Source: Myxococcales bacterium (lineage in GTDB: Bacteria > Myxococcota_A > UBA9042). Taken from it: a stretch of 24,516 nt of DNA. The notes beneath the pieces are model-generated. The model was not told where the DNA came from and did no database searches. It saw nothing but the letters and a program-made list of their open reading frames with translations. Both the position numbers and the translations under genes were made by a program. Within the stretch, counting starts at the first letter, position 1; each line of letters opens with the position of its first letter. The stretch covers positions 1 through 24,516 of the forward strand of contig JBBISH010000097.1 of NCBI GenBank assembly GCA_037441385.1, in the 5' to 3' direction. Positions 9,898-17,121 of the stretch are shown here, piece by piece.

Positions 9898-10845
9898 CTA
9901 CCAGCGCAATCCGGGGCGGCGATTGGTCACCACCACTTCGGGAACATCGCCGCGGCGGTCGGCTTTGCTGTTGACCTGGCGTGCCGCGTAAATGGTATGG
10001 ATATTCCACTGTTGGTACAGTTCGCGGGTAAAAGCGCAGTCGCTGTTCGACAGCACCCAGCGCACGCCCATCGCGTCCAGCTCGACCAGGACCTCGTTCA
10101 GCTCGCGCTGGGCGCGGGCCGAGAACCCGCCGCCGCTGTAGGCGTTGAACGAACTGGTGGCGCTGACCGGCTGGTAGGGCGGGTCCAGGTAGACAAAGTC
10201 CAGCCCGTGCTCGGCGGCCAGGCGCGGCCAGGCGCGGAAGTCGGTCTGCAGCAGCGTCGCGCTCTGCAGGGCCGCAGAGGCCGCCGCGATCCGCTCGCTT
10301 TGGGCGATGTTCGGCTGGGCATAGCGGCCGTGCGGTGCGTTGAAGTGTCCCTTGCTGTTCTCGCGCCAAAGCCCATTGAAACAGGTGCGATTCAAGAAAA
10401 GCATCCGCGCGGCCCGCTCGACGTTGGTCATCGGGGTTTCGGCCGGGTGGCGGCTGCGCATCCAGTAGAAGTAGGCCGCCCGCTCGTCGGCGTCGCCCGC
10501 CAGGTATTCCGCCTCGTAGGTGCGAAGTTGAGCGATCAGTGCCTCGGCGTGGTCGCGGACGCAGCGGTGGGTGTTGTAGACGTCGGTCGACAGGTCGGTC
10601 AGCAGGGCCGACGCCAGCCGCCCCTCGCCAGCGAGATGGAAGAACAGCGCGCCGCCCCCCAGGAAAGCCTCGCCGTAACGCAACGGCCCGCTGGGCAGGT
10701 AGGGCTCGATCTGCGGAATGAGGCGTGCCTTGCCGCCAGCCCACTTCATGAACGGCGCGGGTGCCCGGTCGGATCGCGTTGCGGCGTTGTCAAGAGAAAG
10801 CGCTGGATCGCGGACTTGGTTGCGGGTGACGGCGGCCGATTGCAT
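9898..10845 (-). CDS. dam: Dam/DpnM-family (D12 class) N6-adenine DNA methyltransferase, predicted GATC-specific, orphan
   Basis: PFMKWAGGK, EAFLGGGA (motif I), LNRTCFNGLWRENSKGHFNAPHGRY (target recognition region), DFVYLDPPY (motif IV), LSNS, EVVVTN. Start codon uncertain. Confidence 0.92.
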   Translation of the reverse strand: MQSAAVTRNQVRDPALSLDNAATRSDRAPAPFMKWAGGKARLIPQIEPYLPSGPLRYGEAFLGGGALFFHLAGEGRLASALLTDLSTDVYNTHRCVRDHAEALIAQLRTYEAEYLAGDADERAAYFYWMRSRHPAETPMTNVERAARMLFLNRTCFNGLWRENSKGHFNAPHGRYAQPNIAQSERIAAASAALQSATLLQTDFRAWPRLAAEHGLDFVYLDPPYQPVSATSSFNAYSGGGFSARAQRELNEVLVELDAMGVRWVLSNSDCAFTRELYQQWNIHTIYAARQVNSKADRRGDVPEVVVTNRRPGLRW

Positions 10846-10881
10846 GCGAGGTACTCCGGTCGGTGTTTCCGTCGGGAGTCT

Positions 10882-11058
10882 GATCTCGATGGATCCTTTG
10901 TCGAATTTTTCGCACGGACCGTGCCTCGGCCGGGATCCGCACGCTCTGCATCGACGATCGCGAATTGCGATCGAAATCGGAGGGTTGGATCTGGGGGATC
11001 GCTACCAAGATCGGCCGGATCGCCAACTCTGTCCACAGGTCTGGCAGATCGCCGGATC
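10882..11058. promoter_or_regulatory. Dense GATC cluster (11 sites) in the dam/ahpC divergent intergenic region
   Basis: GATC at 10882, 10892, 10934, 10956, 10969, 10988, 10997, 11009, 11018, 11047, 11055 (hand count). The cluster is directly visible; its function is inferred. Confidence 0.75.
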
Positions 11059-11352
11059 TGTAAGGCTATGGTTATGTGGAGGTATTTTGAGTGCGCCAGG
11101 ATTCACGCCAACGTCTTGGCGTCGAACTGGGCCGTGGAAGGCGAACTGCAACAACCTCAAGAGGTTGACCGGGCAGCCCTTGCGCTGCGCTCGCCGCACA
11201 CCTAATTGATGCGCGCCACCAGCGGTCCTGGGCAGTTCGCCCGGTCGCACAACGGTGGCGCCGCTGCCCGCATCCAAATCAGGAGCGGCGCGCTGCCGCC
11301 CAGTTGGTGTTGCCACTTCCCGCGACGCTGTCGCCGCCAGCCCAGGAGAGTC

Positions 11353-11952
11353 ATGAGCGTTCTCGTCACCAAGCCCGCCCCCGATTTCAACGCCGAAGCC
11401 GTTTTTGCCGATGGCAGCTTTGGCAAGGTGAGCCTCAGCCAGTTCAAGGGCCAGAAGTACGTGGTGGTGTTCTTCTACCCCCTCGACTTCACCTTCGTTT
11501 GCCCCACCGAGATCATCGCCTTTGATCACCGCATCAAGGAGTTCCAAGATCGCGGCGTCGAGGTGCTGGGCGTCTCGGTCGACAGCAAGTTCAGCCACTG
11601 GGCCTGGCGCAACACCAAGGTCAAGGAAGGCGGCATTGGCGAAGTCGGCTACACGCTGGTCTCGGACATCACCAAGTCGATCGCCCGCGACTACGACGTG
11701 CTCATCAACGACTCGGTCGCCCTGCGCGCCTCGTTCCTCATCGACAAGAACGGCGTGGTGCAGCATCAGGTCGTCAACAACCTGCCCCTGGGCCGCAACA
11801 TCGACGAGATGCTGCGCATGATCGACGCCCTGCAGTTCACCGAAGAGCACGGCGAGGTCTGCCCGGCCGGCTGGGAGAAGGGCAAAGCCTCAATGAAGGG
11901 CAGCAGCGACGGCGTGGCGGAGTACCTGGCCAAGAACGCCAAGAAGCTGTAG
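11353..11952 (+). CDS. ahpC: 2-Cys peroxiredoxin (AhpC/Prx1)
   Basis: FFYPLDFTFVCPTE, SVDSKFSH, GRNIDE, GEVCPAGW; AGGAG SD before ATG 11353. Confidence 0.96.
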   Translation: MSVLVTKPAPDFNAEAVFADGSFGKVSLSQFKGQKYVVVFFYPLDFTFVCPTEIIAFDHRIKEFQDRGVEVLGVSVDSKFSHWAWRNTKVKEGGIGEVGYTLVSDITKSIARDYDVLINDSVALRASFLIDKNGVVQHQVVNNLPLGRNIDEMLRMIDALQFTEEHGEVCPAGWEKGKASMKGSSDGVAEYLAKNAKKL

Positions 11953-11987
11953 CCACGCCGCTCCACACCCCGACGCGTTCCGCGTCT

Positions 11988-12028
11988 GCCCCTCTCCTCA
12001 ACGCGCTGAGGAGAGGGGCTTTTCTTTT
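11988..12028 (+). terminator. Rho-independent terminator of ahpC
   Basis: gcccctctcctca-acgcgc-tgaggagaggggc: perfect 13-bp stem followed by ttttctttt. Confidence 0.92.
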
Positions 12029-12135
12029 CGGGGCGGCTGAGAGGTCGCACGATCCTTCTTTGCCGGAGCCGGAGCCAAGGGGCCCCCACGTGCCCGAAGG
12101 GATGGGTGAGTCCAGCGGACTCGGCCAAGTGGGGA

Positions 12136-12171
12136 CCGGAGCCGGAACCCGAACCCGAACTCGAACCCGAG
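12136..12171. repeat. Degenerate hexamer tandem repeat (cccgaa-type) x6
   Basis: ccggag ccggaa cccgaa cccgaa ctcgaa cccgag. Confidence 0.7.
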
Positions 12172-12240
12172 CCAGTGCCTTCTGGTCGGGCTGCTGGTAA
12201 GGTTGGCGGGCGGCGCGGACCGCAGGCAGGGCAGGTGGCG

Positions 12241-12606
12241 ATGAGGGGCTGGACGACCGCGGCGGTACTGCTGCTCGCAGGCTGCGGCGGCAAAATCGAC
12301 TACGCGACCATTTCGGGCGAGGCGCTGTACCAGGTTCGCTGCGTGACGTGTCACGGCCTGCAGGGCAAGGGCGACGGCCCGGCGGCGGCCAACATCCAAC
12401 CCAAGCCGCGGGCGTTCAGCGAGCCGGGTTGGCAGGACAGCGTGACGGATAAGCACCTTGCCAAAGTCATTGGCGGAGGCGGTCTAGCCGTGGGGAAGTC
12501 GGGCGCCATGCCGCCCCAGTCCGACCTGGCCGAGCATCCCGAGGCCATGGCTCGCTTGATTGCCCACGTGCGCCATTTGCGATCCGCGCCGCCCTCGACC
12601 AGATAG
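12241..12606 (+). CDS. Monoheme class I cytochrome c lipoprotein
   Basis: Lipobox LLAG-C after ATG 12241; GEALY..RCVTCHG (CxxCH), GKGDGPAA, GKSGAMP (probable axial Met). Confidence 0.88.
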   Translation: MRGWTTAAVLLLAGCGGKIDYATISGEALYQVRCVTCHGLQGKGDGPAAANIQPKPRAFSEPGWQDSVTDKHLAKVIGGGGLAVGKSGAMPPQSDLAEHPEAMARLIAHVRHLRSAPPSTR

Positions 12607-12667
12607 CGTTGGGTTGGCTTGCGCGTCGCGCGTGCCGATGGTAGACCCACGGATCTGCGGGGGATGC

Positions 12668-14575
12668 ATGGGCACAGCATGGATGCGCAGGCTGCGGCTG
12701 GACCGGTGGGCTGGGGCCTTCGCGGTCCTGCTTGCATTCGGCTGCACGGCCTCGGAACCGCCCGATCCGCTGCCGGTTTTGCAGCTCCGCGGCACGCCGT
12801 ACCAGCGCGGTCAGCAGCATGGCCGGGCCATGGCCAGCCAGATTCGCTCGTTCTACACCACCATGCTCTCCACGTCGCTGCTGCCGTATCTGAATCGGCA
12901 ACAGCCCGATATTGCGGCATTTCTCAAGTCGTATGACCCGGTCTTGCACCCCGAGTATGGCGGCGGCCAGTTCAGTCTGCTGCTTCTGACGGAATCTGCG
13001 CTGGAGCTTGAGAAATCGATCCCAGCCGACTTGGTCGACGAGATGCACGGCATCGCCGACGGCGCTGGTGTGCCGTATCAACAGGTGCTTTTGCTCAACA
13101 CCTTTGTCGATTCGGTGATGGGTGCGCGCGCGATCACCCAGTATTTGCAGCAGATGCAGTCCCCCACGGCCCAGGTCTTCAGCTTGGCAGGGCAGGCATC
13201 GGCCACGGTCAGCGCGGACGGCATCGACAACGACGAGGATGGACTCACCGACGAAGCGGCCGAGGCGACGCTTCCCTACGCGCCCACGGCGACGGCCACG
13301 CTGCGCGACGTGCCCCTGGACTCGGCGTTTCGCTTTGTCCTTAAGGATACCGATGGTATCGATCCCAAGTCGGTTCGGCTGCAGCTGGTGGTCGCGGGGA
13401 AGTTGCGCACCTTTACGCAAAAGGACCCGCAGTTGGTCCTGACGCCCGCGATGCTGGGTGGCAAGCCAGACCCGACCGTGTACGAGGCGGTGCTGACGCC
13501 GACCGAGCCTTTGCCCGCGGCGTCGGTGGTCACGGTGGCCGTGCAGGGCAGCGATGCCAAGCTGGTGCTGGACCCGCCGCCCGCCAAAGCGCGGACGATG
13601 CGCATCGAGCAAGTCACGGTAACAACAGCTGGATTTGGCAAACCTCGCGCGGAGGCAGCCAACTTGGGCCTGTTTGACGGCACCACTCAGCCCACCAGCC
13701 TGGCGGTGGGGCTGCGCGGCACCGCGACCAAGAACGGCGCCCCCCTGCTGGGCGCCCACTTCACGTTGCTCGATGCCGGAACCTCGCACAAACACTGCGT
13801 CATTCAGGTGCACACCCCCGACAGCGGCCCGCCTTTCGCGTTTGTGGGCTGGGCCGGGCTGGCCTACGGATTCAACGGCATGTCCGCACGGGGCCTGGCC
13901 ATTGCCGCGACCCATAGCGACACCTTGAACAACCCGCTGGTGGCCGCGGTCAAGAAGAAGCTGCTGCTCGCCAAGCTGGTCAACACGGGTATCCCGGTGG
14001 GATTCGCTTTGCGCCATGCCCTGCAAGTGTCTAAAACAGCAAAGGAAGCCTCGGACTACCTGGCCACGACAGCGCCTTCGTTCGGCTGGAACTACGTCGT
14101 TGCCGACCAAGCCGGCGACTTGCGGGCGGTCGAGGTGGTCGGCGGCATCGATCCCGCCATGGCCCACAGTACCAGCTACGGGCCCGAGCTGCGCGACGCC
14201 CTGGGTAGATATATATCAAGTATTCGTGGCGACGACATCTTGACAACTGTCCACTTCAGGGTCTTGGCCGAGGACTCCGCAGGCAAGCTCTTGGGCTTCA
14301 GCCTGAGCCCGCAGCGGTTCTGGGATACGTATTACTACTCGTCCTTGCGCACTTTTGCCGGTCTGGCCGCCGCCGTGGACGCCGCCTACGGGCAACTGGA
14401 CGCCAAGGGGCTGCAGGCCACGCTGCGTCGGTCCGGGCTCGTCGATCCGCACGACTCGATGCAGGCGACGGTGGCCGACTTGGGCGCCCGCGTCTTGTGG
14501 GTGGCTGCCGGACAAGTGCCCGCGACCGCGGGTGAATTCGTGCGGGTGAACCTGCCGGCGTGGAGTGAGCCATGA
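12668..14575 (+). CDS. Lipoprotein homologous to C45/AAT-family Ntn hydrolases, with an inserted domain and degenerate catalytic motifs
   Basis: Lipobox-like LAFG-C; LRGTPYQRGQQHG, DEMHGIADGAGVPYQQVLLLN, GWAGLAYGFNGMSARGLAIA, GIPVGFALRHAL, GWNYVVAD. Start is 12668 or 12683. Confidence 0.75.
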   Translation: MGTAWMRRLRLDRWAGAFAVLLAFGCTASEPPDPLPVLQLRGTPYQRGQQHGRAMASQIRSFYTTMLSTSLLPYLNRQQPDIAAFLKSYDPVLHPEYGGGQFSLLLLTESALELEKSIPADLVDEMHGIADGAGVPYQQVLLLNTFVDSVMGARAITQYLQQMQSPTAQVFSLAGQASATVSADGIDNDEDGLTDEAAEATLPYAPTATATLRDVPLDSAFRFVLKDTDGIDPKSVRLQLVVAGKLRTFTQKDPQLVLTPAMLGGKPDPTVYEAVLTPTEPLPAASVVTVAVQGSDAKLVLDPPPAKARTMRIEQVTVTTAGFGKPRAEAANLGLFDGTTQPTSLAVGLRGTATKNGAPLLGAHFTLLDAGTSHKHCVIQVHTPDSGPPFAFVGWAGLAYGFNGMSARGLAIAATHSDTLNNPLVAAVKKKLLLAKLVNTGIPVGFALRHALQVSKTAKEASDYLATTAPSFGWNYVVADQAGDLRAVEVVGGIDPAMAHSTSYGPELRDALGRYISSIRGDDILTTVHFRVLAEDSAGKLLGFSLSPQRFWDTYYYSSLRTFAGLAAAVDAAYGQLDAKGLQATLRRSGLVDPHDSMQATVADLGARVLWVAAGQVPATAGEFVRVNLPAWSEP

Positions 14576-15795
14576 GCCGCGGACTCGCCACCACGCTGGC
14601 CTTTTGTTGCACGCTTGCGGTGTTTGGACCCAGCCGCAGCGCCCGCGCTGCCAACACCGTCACTTTGCCCGAAGGCACCTTCTTGGTCGACGAGAGTTGG
14701 GTCGACGCGGTCACCACCACGGCCTTCGACAACAATCGCAAGCCGCAAAGCCTGCTGTTGCCCATCGAACGCTACGAGCCGGGCGGCGGTCTGCAAGGTA
14801 CCATCACGGCGAAACCCGTGGTGCGCTACCGGTTCTTGGTCAGCCAGTTGAACTATGGCGTGACGGACGCGCTGAGTGTGGCCATTGGCGTGCCGCTGGT
14901 GACGTCGACGACCATCGACCCGCGGCTGGGTTGGGTGCCGGGCGACTACCAGTCCAGCCTGGGGCGCTCGTACAGCGAGACCGATTTCTGGCAGTGGGCC
15001 AAGTCGATGGGCCAGGACAAGCCGCAGGCTTTTGACGGCAACCACTACACGCTGGCCGACTTGGTCTTGGGGGCCCGCTATCGGCTGCCGGATTTCGCGT
15101 TCCTGGACCGCTTGGGCTTGCGCGCGGCCTTGGGCGTGCAAGTCGCGCTGCCCACCGGCAAGCCCGCGGACCCCGAGATCCTGGTGGCTTCGGGCACCGC
15201 GGTGTGGGACTTGAACAACTACGGCGATGCCGAGGCGCACCTGTTGTTCGATCGGCCCTTTGTGCACCAAGGCGTGACCCGCCTGAACCTGGGTTTGGAC
15301 GCCTACTACGCCTGGCTGCGCCCGCGCGAGATGGTTTCGCCCACGGGCAGCAAGAGCCCGCTGCTCCTGACCTATGCGCCCTACATCGGCCCCACGTACA
15401 CGCTGGATCCAGGGGATTTTGCCGGCGGTACGGTCTCGGTCGACGCCGTGCCATGGGTGGGGCCAGCCTACGCCACGTTTGTCTCGGGTCGCAGCTTGGG
15501 CAAGGCCCGCAGCTTTCCGCCGTTGCTCACGGTTTCGGCCGGCTTTACCTGGCTGCACGTGGGCCAGACCACCTTTGCCTCGGACTCGCCGATGTGGACT
15601 TGGGACCACGAAAAGGTGTTCAAGCCCGGCTTCAAGACCACCGTGCGCCTTGGCGCCGACCTCAGCCTGTTGCGGTTGGGGCTGCCGCTGCAGCTGTATG
15701 CCCGGATGACCAACCAAGAGTGGGTGCCCGGCCAGAATATTCGCGCTTCGAACACGGTTTCGCTCGGCGCCCGAGTGATCCTAAAATTTTGGTAG
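14572..15795 (+). CDS. Probable outer-membrane beta-barrel protein (MetA-pathway/SphA-like channel)
   Basis: Signal peptide ending ARA; amphipathic strands; LADLVLGARY and VQVALPTG motifs; C-terminal beta-signal-like TVSLGARVILKFW; ATGA overlap with the upstream gene. Confidence 0.65.
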   Translation: MSRGLATTLAFCCTLAVFGPSRSARAANTVTLPEGTFLVDESWVDAVTTTAFDNNRKPQSLLLPIERYEPGGGLQGTITAKPVVRYRFLVSQLNYGVTDALSVAIGVPLVTSTTIDPRLGWVPGDYQSSLGRSYSETDFWQWAKSMGQDKPQAFDGNHYTLADLVLGARYRLPDFAFLDRLGLRAALGVQVALPTGKPADPEILVASGTAVWDLNNYGDAEAHLLFDRPFVHQGVTRLNLGLDAYYAWLRPREMVSPTGSKSPLLLTYAPYIGPTYTLDPGDFAGGTVSVDAVPWVGPAYATFVSGRSLGKARSFPPLLTVSAGFTWLHVGQTTFASDSPMWTWDHEKVFKPGFKTTVRLGADLSLLRLGLPLQLYARMTNQEWVPGQNIRASNTVSLGARVILKFW

Positions 15796-15829
15796 TCTTC
15801 ACGGGCTTCCATCCCAAGGAGAGGTGCGC

Positions 15830-16447
15830 ATGGCCCCAAAGCGCCTGGAGCGCAGCTTCTTTGCCCGCCCAGCGCTGGAGGTGGCCCACGACCTGATCGG
15901 CTGCGATCTGGTGGTGCAGCGCCAGCAGTGGGCGTGCCGCGTCCGCGTCTTCCAGGCCGAGGCCTACGCCGAAAATGACCGCGCCTGCCACGCGTTTGGT
16001 GGCCGCCGCACGCCCCGCACCGAGCCGATGTTCGCCGCTGGCGGCTTGATGTATGTCTACTTCACCTACGGGATGCACCACTGCTTCAACGTGGTGACCG
16101 GGCCGGCAGGCGTGGGCGAAGCCGTGTTGGTGCGGTCGGCGCTGCCGCTGGACGGGCTCGACGCCATGGCCACCGCGCGCAACTTGGCTTCTCTCAAGCG
16201 CATTCCGCCGGTTTGCCAGTGGCTGGACGGCCCGGGCCGGCTGGCGCAAGGGCTGGGGCTCACGCGTGCGGATAGCGGCCTGCCCATCGACGGTTCGGCG
16301 GGCGTCTGGTTCCAGGTGGGCGAGACCGTGCAATCCAGCGAAATTCATCGGTTGCCGCGTGTCGGAGTCGCCTACGCTGGCGCCGATGCCGACTTGCCGT
16401 GGCGATTTGCCTGTGATCCAATGCGGCTGCGGGCCGGTCCGCCGTAG
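15830..16447 (+). CDS. mpg: DNA-3-methyladenine glycosylase (AAG/MPG family)
   Basis: FFARPALEVAHDLIG, EAY..DRACHA, RTEPMF, YVYFTYGMHHCFNVVT, AVLVRS, GPGRL, PRVGV, PWRF; AAGGAG SD. Confidence 0.93.
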   Translation: MAPKRLERSFFARPALEVAHDLIGCDLVVQRQQWACRVRVFQAEAYAENDRACHAFGGRRTPRTEPMFAAGGLMYVYFTYGMHHCFNVVTGPAGVGEAVLVRSALPLDGLDAMATARNLASLKRIPPVCQWLDGPGRLAQGLGLTRADSGLPIDGSAGVWFQVGETVQSSEIHRLPRVGVAYAGADADLPWRFACDPMRLRAGPP

Positions 16448-16469
16448 TGGCGCGCGGCCTATAGGTTCC

Positions 16470-17042
16470 ATGGACGGTTGGCAGTTGCTGGCGCAGACCA
16501 TTCCCGACGCCGCGCTCACCTGGCTCGACCCGTTGGGCGCGCTGGACACCGAGCTGTTGCGGGCGGTGGTAGCAATTCAGATTTTCTGGGTGCTTGCGCA
16601 GAGTTGCGCGCTCACGTTGTGGGCCATCGCCCGCCCCATCGGCTGGCGTCTGAGCGGGCGGCGCAAGGTGGTGCCCACGGCGTGGCGCGGGACTTGGGTC
16701 TTGGCGGCCTTGGGCATGGTGACCATCCTGACCCCGTTTGCCGGGCTGGCGCAGTTGCATCTGCTCGGCCGGTTTTCGCTGGCGTGGTCGTGGGTTTCGC
16801 TGGCTGCGGCGCTGGCCTGGATCGGGGTGCGCGCGTGGCACGTCGACTTGTTGTGGCTGGTGCCCGCCAGCCGCACCTTGGTGCTGCGGCGCCGCGATCG
16901 CGATGGCAACGTGGTCCTACAGCAGTGGCCGCTGCCGACCGTGCTAGATCAAGCCCAGCTGGTCGATGCCATTTCGCAGTATTTTGCCAGCAAGGAAGCG
17001 GCGATCCGCTACCTGGACCGGGCGCGCTCGGCCTGCCGATAG
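16470..17042 (+). CDS. Hypothetical membrane protein (about 3 TM segments)
   Basis: Fills the gap between mpg and the kinase; several hydrophobic, Trp-rich segments. Start ATG 16470 inferred. Confidence 0.6.
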   Translation: MDGWQLLAQTIPDAALTWLDPLGALDTELLRAVVAIQIFWVLAQSCALTLWAIARPIGWRLSGRRKVVPTAWRGTWVLAALGMVTILTPFAGLAQLHLLGRFSLAWSWVSLAAALAWIGVRAWHVDLLWLVPASRTLVLRRRDRDGNVVLQQWPLPTVLDQAQLVDAISQYFASKEAAIRYLDRARSACR

Positions 17043-17074
17043 CGACCGCGCTCCAGCCCGAGACACCCTTCCCA

Positions 17075-17109
17075 GTGTGGCGTGTGGCGTGTGGCGTGCG
17101 GCGTGCGGG
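17075..17109. repeat. Heptamer tandem repeat GTGYGGC x5 between convergent genes
   Basis: gtgtggc gtgtggc gtgtggc gtgcggc gtgcggg. Confidence 0.85.
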
Positions 17110-17121
17110 GGCGCCCAAGCG

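Noticed and set aside
9898..10845. Type II restriction-modification system or prophage-borne dam
   Set aside because: Neighbours have signal peptides and no nuclease motifs; no phage, integrase or transposase genes, and no obvious compositional shift.
11206..11352. N-terminal extensions in the ORF track (ahpC; also SDR, liuB, kinase, rpoZ, HEAT protein)
   Set aside because: Family homology, and in most cases an SD sequence, point to downstream starts; the extensions look like non-coding sequence.
12106..12240. PEPEPE-containing N-terminal extension of the cytochrome c
   Set aside because: The lipoprotein signal begins at ATG 12241, so the hexamer repeat is more likely non-coding; not fully excluded.
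15950..15970. Inactive MPG because ETEAY reads QAEAY
   Set aside because: The catalytic Glu of the EAY motif and the YGMH motif are retained.
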